A stretch of 64,000 bases of DNA from a virus, in the IMG/VR virus record IMGVR_UViG_3300020048_000003. The stretch is one strand, 5' to 3'. This document shows positions 18,731 to 26,901 of the stretch, one piece after another. Within the stretch, counting starts at the first letter, position 1, and every line of letters starts with the position of its first letter. The position numbers and the translations under genes were made by a program. Below the pieces are notes generated by a model. The model had not been told where the DNA came from and did not search any database. It was given only the letters and a program-made list of their open reading frames with translations.

Positions 18731-19092
18731 AATATATAAATCAATACGAAGCAGTTACACCACAACCAAGAATCGGTGATTACGTGTTGTGTGAACTTGA
18801 TCCCATTGTTAATGACCAAGATAAAAAACTTATTAACTTCGTAGAAAACAATATTGGAGTAATTATAGAAAGAAAATTAACCAAATCATCATTTGGAGAA
18901 TATAATAGAAAAAAATTCTTCTACTCAATAGAATATGAAAATATGCGAGCAGGTAGAGATTATGATAGTACATACTCAATGAAAGATGGAACAACTAATG
19001 TAATCCTAGTGTTTAGAACAGAAATTCAATACTTCTCAAATAATAGAGAAGATATAGAAGCAATATTAACAGCAAAAAAATATAACCTATGA
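18727..19092 (+). CDS. famA protein
   Basis: MKYINQYEA..RIGDYVLC..NNIGVII..SNNREDIEAILTAKKYNL. Confidence 0.85.
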   Translation: MKYINQYEAVTPQPRIGDYVLCELDPIVNDQDKKLINFVENNIGVIIERKLTKSSFGEYNRKKFFYSIEYENMRAGRDYDSTYSMKDGTTNVILVFRTEIQYFSNNREDIEAILTAKKYNL

Positions 19093-19466
19093 TAAAAACT
19101 TACGAAGGCTTTTTTGATAGATTTAAAAAGAAACCTAAACCAGTTCAAATACAAGGTGAATATTGGTTCATTTCAAGCAATAGTCCAAACTATATGAAAT
19201 TGGCTTTTATTAAAATAAGCGAAGTTTTAGCAAAACAAGTTCCATATCAATTAGATAGTATAAATAAATTAGAACAACTATTTCAAATTCTTTTGAATGA
19301 TCACGTAAATAGTAGTTCATTGACAAGTTTTTACCTTGCATTAGATTACTACACAAAACATTGGACATATAGCGCAGGCTCATATCCATTTGAAAGACTC
19401 TATAAATTCAATGGAGAAATTATAGTAGACGACTTTGAACTAGACGCAGAAAAATATAACCTATAA
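19089..19466 (+). CDS. famA protein
   Basis: MIKTYEGFF...FELDAEKYNL. Confidence 0.75.
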   Translation: MIKTYEGFFDRFKKKPKPVQIQGEYWFISSNSPNYMKLAFIKISEVLAKQVPYQLDSINKLEQLFQILLNDHVNSSSLTSFYLALDYYTKHWTYSAGSYPFERLYKFNGEIIVDDFELDAEKYNL

Positions 19467-19774
19467 TGAAATCATATAAATTATTTACAGAATCTATAAG
19501 ATATATTAATATTAACAAGGGTGACTATGTTAAAATTAAAACTTCTATTTATAGCGATGCTGAAAAAGAAAAAATATTCAAAGTAATTGGAAAATACTAT
19601 GACGATGGCTGCAGCGATGCAGAAGATGGTGGTAAAGAAAATCTTTTTACCTTAATTAATGCAATTGATACTGATGAAAAACAAACACTTCATAAAGACC
19701 ACCTTAGAAAATTAACAAAGAAAGAACTAGAAAAATTTGAATTAGAACAATCAGCAAATAGATATAACCTCTAA
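19466..19774 (+). CDS. famA small protein
   Basis: MKSYKLFTES..KGDYVKI...LTKKELEKFELEQSANRYNL; 3' end overlaps convergent famB by 4 nt. Confidence 0.8.
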   Translation: MKSYKLFTESIRYININKGDYVKIKTSIYSDAEKEKIFKVIGKYYDDGCSDAEDGGKENLFTLINAIDTDEKQTLHKDHLRKLTKKELEKFELEQSANRYNL

Positions 19775-20082
19775 ATATCTTCATAAATTTTCTTTAACTT
19801 ATTATACCTTATTAAACCACCTACCGTACCCATATACTTACCCAAATTATCATTGTTTTCATAGTTTACTATAAATAAACACCAACCTTGAGAAGTTTTG
19901 CTAAACTCACCATCATCATAAGTTAATAATACCTTTACATTACTCCTTCCAAAATTGTACTTGAGATAATTTAATAACCATTCCTTATACCCTATATCAG
20001 CCTTTGCAGGTATTATATATGTGTCCACAACTTGATTGATTAAATGTAATTCATTAAACCTTAATACCCAATACTTTTTCAT
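19771..20082 (-). CDS. famB-like protein
   Basis: C-term LIRYNKLKKIYEDI. Confidence 0.55.
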   Translation of the reverse strand: MKKYWVLRFNELHLINQVVDTYIIPAKADIGYKEWLLNYLKYNFGRSNVKVLLTYDDGEFSKTSQGWCLFIVNYENNDNLGKYMGTVGGLIRYNKLKKIYEDI

Positions 20083-20088
20083 AACAGT

Positions 20089-20394
20089 TTACCAAAATCT
20101 AAACCAACTAACTTTCTTTAACCTCTTTAACTTCTTGACCCTCTCTTGCTTAAGTGTAAGTTTAGGCTTAGATGATCTAACAATAACTAAATTCTCGTCA
20201 CTACCAAGATCCATTAATAAAAAAATTAAAAGAATCAATATATTTATAGGTCCCGCAATAGATATAACAGACGCAAATATGTAATCTTGCCTGTCCAATT
20301 CATTATCCATCAACCTGTTTAATATCATAATAGAACCAAACAAACCAACCAATAACCAAAATATTAAAAGAATTATCATAAGAAAAATAATCAT
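20089..20394 (-). CDS. membrane protein with famB-like basic tail
   Basis: 2 TM (IIFLMIILLIFWLLVGLFG / ISIAGPINILILLIFLL) + KQERVKKLKRLKKV. Confidence 0.55.
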   Translation of the reverse strand: MIIFLMIILLIFWLLVGLFGSIMILNRLMDNELDRQDYIFASVISIAGPINILILLIFLLMDLGSDENLVIVRSSKPKLTLKQERVKKLKRLKKVSWFRFW

Positions 20395-20657
20395 AACATT
20401 GCCTCTTTTATAGTTTTTAACTTCATTCTCCGCATCTCCTGAATATCATAAAAATATTCATAAAAATAATTAATTCCAGGATTGTATATAAGTGAAAATG
20501 ATTTAGGTTTACCTTTAAACCTTATAAACTCACAAGTTATAGGACTATCACTTATAATACCTATATCCTCTATTATATAATAATTACCCTTATTATATAA
20601 TACATAATTACCACCAGTATAATCCTCCTTACATAAAATTCTATCACCTACTTTCAT
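20391..20657 (-). CDS. famB small protein
   Basis: MKVGDRILCKED...IQEMRRMKLKTIKEAML. Confidence 0.8.
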   Translation of the reverse strand: MKVGDRILCKEDYTGGNYVLYNKGNYYIIEDIGIISDSPITCEFIRFKGKPKSFSLIYNPGINYFYEYFYDIQEMRRMKLKTIKEAML

Positions 20658-20895
20658 ATATCTCCTTTAACTTTCTTTTACGATACTCCTTCAAACTTAT
20701 AAACCTACAAGAATAATAATGCCTCTCCTCACCATTATCATCACATAAATAATACCTCTCATAAAACTTACCACTTCCATGCTCAAAATCTTCCTTTAAT
20801 ATACTATATACCTTGCCATACGTTAAATTTACAGAAGTATTAAACCAAGATTCATCTATATCACTCACATCTATACATACTACCTTAGTCAACAT
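20644..20895 (-). CDS. famB small protein
   Basis: VVCIDVSD..LTYGKVY...RFISLKEYRKRKLKEI. Confidence 0.85.
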   Translation of the reverse strand: MLTKVVCIDVSDIDESWFNTSVNLTYGKVYSILKEDFEHGSGKFYERYYLCDDNGEERHYYSCRFISLKEYRKRKLKEIYESR

Positions 20896-21115
20896 AACTA
20901 TATAATCTTTTTAATTTCTCTTTCCGATACTCCCTTAAACTTATAAACCTACGAGAATAATACCGCCTTTTCTCACCCGTATCATCACACAAATAAAATC
21001 CACCTTCATCTTCACCAGTTAATAAGATATATACCTTACCTACTGTTAAATTTATAGAACCCTTAACAGGATCTATCTTATCTGCATTTACACACACCAC
21101 TTTATTCATTAACAA
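20885..21115 (-). CDS. famB small protein
   Basis: VVCVNADK..LTVGKVY...RFISLREYRKEKLKRL. Confidence 0.85.
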   Translation of the reverse strand: MLMNKVVCVNADKIDPVKGSINLTVGKVYILLTGEDEGGFYLCDDTGEKRRYYSRRFISLREYRKEKLKRLYSYVD

Positions 21116-21362
21116 TCTTTTTTAACTTTATTCTTCTACTCTCACTTAACGATACAAAATACTCAGACTCATAACCAGCATTATGATTATTATCATTTAT
21201 AATCCATATTCTCAACCTCATACCACTATTATGAATATGTGACTGAAGTACAATATATACCTTACCCTCAGTCAAATCATTAGAACTAACCTTAGATACA
21301 ACACGATTACCAGTACTGAACTCCTTCTTCTTACTATCCGTTACCTTATCATACAGACCCAT
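21102..21362 (-). CDS. famB small protein
   Basis: LTEGKVYIV...SLSESRRIKLKKIVNE. Confidence 0.75.
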   Translation of the reverse strand: MGLYDKVTDSKKKEFSTGNRVVSKVSSNDLTEGKVYIVLQSHIHNSGMRLRIWIINDNNHNAGYESEYFVSLSESRRIKLKKIVNE

Positions 21363-21690
21363 AACTATTCAACTTTTTTAATTTGTCCCTCCTTCTATCA
21401 GCAATACTTATTATATCAAAATATTTAAAAATATCATCACAACGAAAAATAATAAATTCATTCTTATCATCAATTATATCACACTTCCAATAATAACTCC
21501 TACTAGAACCAAAAGATTTATCATAACATACAGCAACACTACCAATACTATACTCCTTACCAATAGTAAAATGCCAACGCCTTAACCTTTTCGGTGCCTT
21601 CTCATTTCCCACCTGTAAAAAAGCAACATACCTATCACGCTTACATATAATAGGTGTGTTCCTCATTGATAAATACTCATACAGATCCAT
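21349..21690 (-). CDS. famB protein
   Basis: FTIGKEYSI...IADRRRDKLKKLNSY. Confidence 0.7.
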   Translation of the reverse strand: MDLYEYLSMRNTPIICKRDRYVAFLQVGNEKAPKRLRRWHFTIGKEYSIGSVAVCYDKSFGSSRSYYWKCDIIDDKNEFIIFRCDDIFKYFDIISIADRRRDKLKKLNSYGSV

Positions 21691-21934
21691 TCTCTATCTC
21701 CTTTAACTTTCTCTTACGATACTCCTTTATTGTTATAAACCTTTTTTCACTATACTGCCGAACTTGTTTCACATCATTTTCCATTTCATAAAAATAACAA
21801 CCATCATATTCCATATCAACAATAACATATAACTTGTCCAAAGTTAAAAAACAAGACTTATCAACACCATAAGCACCAAACTTACCATTATTAATACATA
21901 TAACCTTATCACCGATTTTTATATTATCCCTCAT
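21677..21934 (-). CDS. famB small protein
   Basis: IKIGDKVICINN...RFITIKEYRKRKLKEIENG. Confidence 0.85.
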   Translation of the reverse strand: MRDNIKIGDKVICINNGKFGAYGVDKSCFLTLDKLYVIVDMEYDGCYFYEMENDVKQVRQYSEKRFITIKEYRKRKLKEIENGSV

Positions 21935-22208
21935 TTAACCTCCGTAACTTTAACCTCCTTATAAATAATATACTACTTACAATTTCATAATCACTTGTAT
22001 CTATATGAATATAATTATTCGCCTTATACCGAGAAACCTTACCCAAAGCCTCAATAGTATCATTCCTAATCCTTAAAGCACAATTTTCATAATCACTCTC
22101 CCTTAATTCTCCACACCTATCACGCCAATCTATATCCATAGAAAATAATACCAATTGAACATTCCTAAACTCCTTCGCATTACTACAACATATTATAACA
22201 TTATTCAT
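21924..22208 (-). CDS. famB-like small protein
   Basis: C-term LFIRRLKLRRLNEG. Confidence 0.6.
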   Translation of the reverse strand: MNNVIICCSNAKEFRNVQLVLFSMDIDWRDRCGELRESDYENCALRIRNDTIEALGKVSRYKANNYIHIDTSDYEIVSSILFIRRLKLRRLNEG

Positions 22209-22476
22209 ATAACCTCCGTAACTTTAACATTCGCATTAACTTTATATCATCCGTCTCCCAACCTTCACAATTACCTTCCTCCTCACTCTTGAAAACATTA
22301 TACTTCTTACTACATGATGTATAATAATCTGAACCATCATGAAACTTACAAGAATAACACTTCTTATTCATAGGATTAAAACAACACCTTGTCTCATGCA
22401 CAACTACTTTCATACTTGAAATATCAGTATGACTACAAAAATCACATTTCCAAACTCTCTTCATCTGTGTCCACAT
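22201..22476 (-). CDS. Cys-rich (zinc-binding type) famB protein
   Basis: WKCDFCSH...RCCFNP..KKCYSCKF...NCEGW...LMRMLKLRRLYE; paralog of 63581..63877. Confidence 0.7.
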   Translation of the reverse strand: MWTQMKRVWKCDFCSHTDISSMKVVVHETRCCFNPMNKKCYSCKFHDGSDYYTSCSKKYNVFKSEEEGNCEGWETDDIKLMRMLKLRRLYE

Positions 22477-22657
22477 TTAACTTATCCAACTTATACTTCC
22501 TAACATCCTTAATATTATATTCAATACAATCTATCTGTTCATCATTATTAACACTACAAGTACCAGACCAACACATAACATCCTTATCATGTTGTACCCG
22601 ATGTGGACATTCTGTAACATCACACTCCAATCCCCTTGAACATATCATTTTTTCCAT
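22442..22657 (-). CDS. Cys-rich famB small protein
   Basis: CSRGLECDVTECPH...CWSGTC...IKDVRKYKLDKLN. Confidence 0.7.
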   Translation of the reverse strand: MEKMICSRGLECDVTECPHRVQHDKDVMCWSGTCSVNNDEQIDCIEYNIKDVRKYKLDKLNVDTDEESLEM

Positions 22658-22881
22658 TCTCCTTTTAATTTATTTAACTTATACTTCCGTGCCTCCTTCA
22701 AACTCATAAACCTATAAGCATAAAAATAATTGGTAAATATAACACCATTCTTCGCAATATCCACCATCTTACGCTTTTCTCCATCAAAAACACCAACAAC
22801 ATCATATACACCACCTATATCTAAATCATTCTCCTTATAAGTATTATCCTTACAAATTATTTTATCACCTACATTAAACAT
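22645..22881 (-). CDS. famB small protein
   Basis: MFNVGDKIICKDN...FMSLKEARKYKLNKLKG. Confidence 0.85.
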   Translation of the reverse strand: MFNVGDKIICKDNTYKENDLDIGGVYDVVGVFDGEKRKMVDIAKNGVIFTNYFYAYRFMSLKEARKYKLNKLKGEWKK

Positions 22882-22893
22882 AACACATTACTA

Positions 22894-23112
22894 TTAAAGA
22901 CGACTTACAATCTTTTCCAATTTTAACCTCCTATACTCTTTAAGTTCTATGAAAAAACTCCGAGGATATGCAAAATACTCTCCAATATCATTCAACACAA
23001 CTATCCTATCATCCGTATATTTCCACTTATTCCTCCTATTATAATCAATTTCATATACCCTTCCAATAGTTATGAAAATCTGACCCTTACTATTTATACA
23101 TATCACTCTCAT
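22894..23112 (-). CDS. famB small protein
   Basis: MRVICINSKG..ITIGRVYEI...ELKEYRRLKLEKIVSRL. Confidence 0.85.
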   Translation of the reverse strand: MRVICINSKGQIFITIGRVYEIDYNRRNKWKYTDDRIVVLNDIGEYFAYPRSFFIELKEYRRLKLEKIVSRL

Positions 23113-23312
23113 ATTCTTTCTAATTGAAGTTTATCTAATTTCTTCTTACGCTCATCCCTTATACTATATTTAACACACTTTATATTCATATCATGAACAC
23201 CACAAATACCATGTAAACAATCCCTATAAGTTTCTATATGCGGCTTAATATGTGGACACTCCACCTTTTTACAACCTTCAGCCATTGAACATACCATCAC
23301 TATTTCTGTCAT
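23109..23312 (-). CDS. Cys-rich famB small protein
   Basis: CSMAEGCKKVECPH...CLHGICGVH...IRDERKKKLDKLQ. Confidence 0.7.
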   Translation of the reverse strand: MTEIVMVCSMAEGCKKVECPHIKPHIETYRDCLHGICGVHDMNIKCVKYSIRDERKKKLDKLQLERI

Positions 23313-23313
23313 A

Positions 23314-23502
23314 TTATTCTCTCCAACTATCTAAATTTTCTAATTTCTTTTTACGAACCTCCTTTAATGAAATAAACCTCCAAGCATAATAACCATTAAT
23401 GAAAACTCCACCACTATAATCCTCAATTATATAAATCTTATTCTCCTCCAGTACCTTAGTACTACGAGCATCAATACAAATAACCCTATCTCCTATCTTC
23501 AT
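23314..23502 (-). CDS. famB small protein
   Basis: MKIGDRVICIDAR...RFISLKEVRKKKLENL. Confidence 0.85.
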   Translation of the reverse strand: MKIGDRVICIDARSTKVLEENKIYIIEDYSGGVFINGYYAWRFISLKEVRKKKLENLDSWRE

Positions 23503-23753
23503 ATCTCCGGTTCTATTAAAGACGACTTATTAATTTTTTCCAACTTTAACCTCCGATACTCACTCTCAGTAGCAAAATAACAACAATCGTAAGAAAATAT
23601 ATCACCACTATTATTCTCAATCAGATAATGAGTTAATTTCTTATTATTAATATTATGAATTTGAAATCCATCATCATCATAAAATAAAACAGTATACCAC
23701 TTTCCAGGTGTTATCCAAGTATGCTGACCCTTATCTACACATAATATCTTCAT
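23499..23753 (-). CDS. famB small protein
   Basis: MKILCVDKG...ESEYRRLKLEKINKSSLIEPEI. Confidence 0.8.
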   Translation of the reverse strand: MKILCVDKGQHTWITPGKWYTVLFYDDDGFQIHNINNKKLTHYLIENNSGDIFSYDCCYFATESEYRRLKLEKINKSSLIEPEI

Positions 23754-23983
23754 AACTCCGGTTCTATTAAAGACGACCTATTTATTCTTTCCAATTTCTT
23801 ACGACGATACTCCTTTAATGTAACAAAATGCCGATCAGCATAACAAAATCGTGACCCCATATCATTAATAATCCAATACTCCTTGAAAATCCTCTGAGAA
23901 ATACAAGCCACAACCTCATACTTTCTACCAACAGTTATAAAACTCTGCTCACCTCTATTTATACAAACTACCTTCAAATTCAT
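23750..23983 (-). CDS. famB small protein
   Basis: VVCINRGEQSFITVGRKYEV...LKEYRRKKLERINRSSLIEPEL. Confidence 0.85.
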   Translation of the reverse strand: MNLKVVCINRGEQSFITVGRKYEVVACISQRIFKEYWIINDMGSRFCYADRHFVTLKEYRRKKLERINRSSLIEPEL

Positions 23984-24210
23984 AACTCACTCTTATTTCT
24001 TAACTCCAACAACTTTAACCTACGATACTCCTTATTATTGTTAAATAACTTCATAGGATAACTAAAACTAAATCCCATATCATTAAAAACTAAATACTCA
24101 CCATAAGTAGAAGATAACTCACAATCATACAACTTACCAACAGTTAATAAAAAATATCCACAATACTCTCCATTACGAATATTATTCTTCTCAATACATA
24201 TTAACCTCAT
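23980..24210 (-). CDS. famB small protein
   Basis: MRLICIEKN...LTVGKLY...NKEYRRLKLLEL. Confidence 0.85.
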   Translation of the reverse strand: MRLICIEKNNIRNGEYCGYFLLTVGKLYDCELSSTYGEYLVFNDMGFSFSYPMKLFNNNKEYRRLKLLELRNKSEL

Positions 24211-24433
24211 ATTTCATCCTTATCTTGTTTAACTTTTCACTCCTTTCATCCTTTATATCCATAAAACATTCAGCCTCATATGGTCCACAAAAACCATCAT
24301 CATTATTTATTCTGTAATATATACAACCATCATAAGAACGATAAGAATCATGTACAAAATACCGCCTACCAACAGTTATAAAATTATAATCAAAAGCATT
24401 TATACATATTAAATAATCACCAACCTTTTTCAT
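24191..24433 (-). CDS. famB small protein
   Basis: KKVGDYLICINA..ITVGRRY...IKDERSEKLNKI. Confidence 0.8.
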   Translation of the reverse strand: MKKVGDYLICINAFDYNFITVGRRYFVHDSYRSYDGCIYYRINNDDGFCGPYEAECFMDIKDERSEKLNKIRMKYEVNMY

Positions 24434-24678
24434 AACTCCATAATTATTTTTAACTTCTTCTTCCTTATATCCCGAACCTTCTCAAACCTCCAACTATAAT
24501 AACCATTAATGTAAAATTCTCCATCATAATCACCAAGATAACTTAACTTCTCTATAATATATACACGACCCAGCTTTAACTCCATAACATTAGCAGCAGG
24601 ATGCTTGTCATTAATACATACAACCCTATCACCTAATTTGAAATTATTAATACTTGATACCCTATTCTCCATTATCAT
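24430..24678 (-). CDS. famB small protein
   Basis: FKLGDRVVCIND...KVRDIRKKKLKII. Confidence 0.85.
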   Translation of the reverse strand: MIMENRVSSINNFKLGDRVVCINDKHPAANVMELKLGRVYIIEKLSYLGDYDGEFYINGYYSWRFEKVRDIRKKKLKIIMEL

Positions 24679-24914
24679 ACCGTTTCTATTAGAGACGACC
24701 TACTTATTCTTTCCAATTTCTTACGACGATACTCCCGAACATCCTCAAACCGCCAAGTAAAATAACCATTGATATATGTATCACCATCAGGCGAATAACT
24801 ATAATCCTCAACCTCCTTTATAATATAAATTTTACCAATAGTTAAATAGTTCTCAACCATCGCATTATCTATACATACTACCCTATCACCTACTTTACAA
24901 TCTAATATATTCAT
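24675..24914 (-). CDS. famB small protein
   Basis: CKVGDRVVCIDN..LTIGKIY...DVREYRRKKLERISRSSLIETV. Confidence 0.85.
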   Translation of the reverse strand: MNILDCKVGDRVVCIDNAMVENYLTIGKIYIIKEVEDYSYSPDGDTYINGYFTWRFEDVREYRRKKLERISRSSLIETV

Positions 24915-24923
24915 ATATTCATA

Positions 24924-25181
24924 CTACCACCTATTATTAATCTTTTCCAATTTACGCTTACGATAATCCCTCAAACTTATAAACCTATTCTCATAATAAC
25001 CATTTACATAATATTCATCTGACCGAGCAGTCCTACCATACTCAACCACATAAACTTGATTAAGAACTAAACAATCCTCTACTCCAAAATTATCTATACA
25101 TACAACCCTCTCACCCTCATTATACTTACAAGAGTTCTTATTCTTAGAACTCACTGCCGAATCACTCAAATACCTACCCAT
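24924..25181 (-). CDS. famB small protein
   Basis: EGERVVCIDN...RFISLRDYRKRKLEKINNRW. Confidence 0.85.
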   Translation of the reverse strand: MGRYLSDSAVSSKNKNSCKYNEGERVVCIDNFGVEDCLVLNQVYVVEYGRTARSDEYYVNGYYENRFISLRDYRKRKLEKINNRW

Positions 25182-25416
25182 TAAAGACGACCTCCCCCAA
25201 TTTCCTTAATTTCAAACAACGACTCTTCTTCTCCTCCATCACATATGGCTCCGTATACCAACTCTTATTACCATAATCATCTACTATTAAAAACCTCACA
25301 CTTCCCCACTCATCTACCCTCTGTGTATTAGGCAAAATATTTAACACCTCATAACTCTTTCCAATAGTTAATCCCATATAATCACCAAAATATGTCTTTA
25401 CAAATATTACCCTCAT
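25174..25416 (-). CDS. famB small protein
   Basis: MRVIFVKTY..LTIGKSYEV...KKSRCLKLRKLGE. Confidence 0.75.
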   Translation of the reverse strand: MRVIFVKTYFGDYMGLTIGKSYEVLNILPNTQRVDEWGSVRFLIVDDYGNKSWYTEPYVMEEKKSRCLKLRKLGEVVFNG

Positions 25417-25511
25417 TCCCCAAAGATAAAAATAATTACCAATATAAAAAAATATCCACTCAAAATTTAATATAAAATTTTAATATATAAAGAAAAATAA
25501 TCATATCACAC

Positions 25512-25712
25512 ATGAAAAACTTTGAAGAATATCAACAAACAAAAGAACAAACAAACGAATCAGTTACTCCCGGTAACCTTTATAGAGATATGAACCAACA
25601 ATTTACACAACTATTACAAACAGTCTGCGATAAATACCAAATAACAAACGAAGAAGCATCACAAGTTATAGCCGATTACTTTACATCTAAACAATGGAAC
25701 GTTACAGCATAA
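25512..25712 (+). CDS. hypothetical small protein
   Basis: 66-aa ORF after divergent intergenic region; followed by terminator. Confidence 0.45.
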   Translation: MKNFEEYQQTKEQTNESVTPGNLYRDMNQQFTQLLQTVCDKYQITNEEASQVIADYFTSKQWNVTA

Positions 25713-25868
25713 AAACATTAACAAAAAAATACCAAAATGTTCAGAAATACCACCTAAAATTTATTATATCTATCACAAAATTGTGTCAAAAAGTGGAGAA
25801 AAGTGGTAAAAAGTGGCGAAAAATGGAGGTAAAAAGATAACACTATAAGAATAAACACTTTAAGAAAA

Positions 25869-25901
25869 CCTGGATAACCGACGACTATCCAGGTATTTTT
25901 T
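25869..25901 (+). terminator. rho-independent terminator
   Basis: CCTGGATAaccgacgacTATCCAGG + TATTTTTTT. Confidence 0.65.
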
Positions 25902-26047
25902 TAGGATCCTAAAATAAGCCTCTGTATCACTCTCCAATACAGCATCCTATTCTCCTGACCCCGAGATACTTACAAAGTTCTTAATCTTTTGATAATGAAC
26001 AAGTTGCGACTGACAAAAAGTCACATGCCAAAGTATAAAAAAGGAGT

Positions 26048-26066
26048 AATTTAGAATTGTTCTAAA
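26048..26066. promoter_or_regulatory. perfect palindrome AATTTAGAA-TTG-TTCTAAATT (operator-like)
   Basis: 9-bp arms read directly; second copy 26228-26246. Confidence 0.5.
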
Positions 26067-26094
26067 TTGCTCAAATATTCAAACGGAGTTTGAA

Positions 26095-26116
26095 GTTCAG
26101 AACTTTGTTCTGAATA
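26095..26116. promoter_or_regulatory. palindrome AGTTCAGAAC-TTT-GTTCTGAAT (operator-like)
   Basis: 9 of 10 bp arms. Confidence 0.4.
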
Positions 26117-26150
26117 TTTTTTAGTTTGACTTTAAAGTATTATCTTTGTT

Positions 26151-26426
26151 ATGTGGGAGTGTGAGCCGATTTTTCCGGTTAATAAAGGTGAAATTACAAT
26201 TGTAAACTTGATAGGTTTACTAAAGCAATTTAGAATCGTTCTAAATAGTGGATGCCCAATTTTTTTATTCAACTTTTCTCCCTATCTTTGTATTCTAAAA
26301 ATAACAACTATGGGTTTCTTAGCATTCTTTCTTATTGTAATTGGAATAGTAAATGGTAAAACAGGATTAGTTTTGCTTGGATGTTTGGTATATCTATTAA
26401 GTTATAAAACAAAAAAATCAAAATGA
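26151..26426 (+). CDS. small hydrophobic peptide (real start probably internal Met at ~26311: MGFLAFFLIVIGIV...)
   Basis: track ORF; C-terminal 38 aa strongly hydrophobic; N-part overlaps palindromes. Confidence 0.35.
   Translation: MWECEPIFPVNKGEITIVNLIGLLKQFRIVLNSGCPIFLFNFSPYLCILKITTMGFLAFFLIVIGIVNGKTGLVLLGCLVYLLSYKTKKSK
26228..26246. promoter_or_regulatory. second copy of TTTAGAA-N3-TTCTAAA palindrome
   Basis: AATTTAGAA-TCG-TTCTAAAT. Confidence 0.5.
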
Positions 26427-26608
26427 TAGTAGAAGTATGGAATGACGATTATAGTACATCAGCATTCACTCAAGGTGATCCTAATAAAGACATCATCTTG
26501 GGACCAAATCCTGTATTCGTTAGAACTATTGAAGGGGAAGATTGGAACGATTGCATGAAACAACATCACGAACTAATGGGTTGGGAACCTTATATACCTT
26601 TTGAATAA
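26423..26608 (+). CDS. hypothetical small protein
   Basis: 61 aa, acidic; ATGA-type overlap with flanking ORFs. Confidence 0.45.
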   Translation: MIVEVWNDDYSTSAFTQGDPNKDIILGPNPVFVRTIEGEDWNDCMKQHHELMGWEPYIPFE

Positions 26609-26793
26609 TGATCGAACATTTTATAAATTACTTGGGTACATTTGCACTATTACTATTTGGTTGGTGGTTCACACTACTACTAATAGATTATATCTTAATT
26701 GATACCAATAAAGAACATTGGAAAATGAAACTATGGAAATGGATAACATTCATTTATATTATACTAGCAATATACTTCTATATTAGAAAATAA
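26608..26793 (+). CDS. small membrane protein (2 TM)
   Basis: ALLLFGWWFTLLLIDYILI / WITFIYIILAIYFYI. Confidence 0.45.
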   Translation: MIEHFINYLGTFALLLFGWWFTLLLIDYILIDTNKEHWKMKLWKWITFIYIILAIYFYIRK

Positions 26794-26901
26794 TGTGGAC
26801 CCATTTGGGGACACAGAATAGAAGGGAATAGGTTTAATTAAGGATTAAGTAAATTTCACCCGGGTGATCGTTTTAAATTAATATAAAAAACAATAAAAAA
26901 T

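Noticed and set aside
13485-19774. CRISPR-like reading of the arrays (conserved ~35-nt 'repeat' separated by variable 'spacers')
   Set aside because: The spacers are 250-550 nt, far longer than CRISPR spacers. Every unit is an intact phase-consistent ORF with conserved peptide termini. The repeat is not palindromic in the CRISPR manner.
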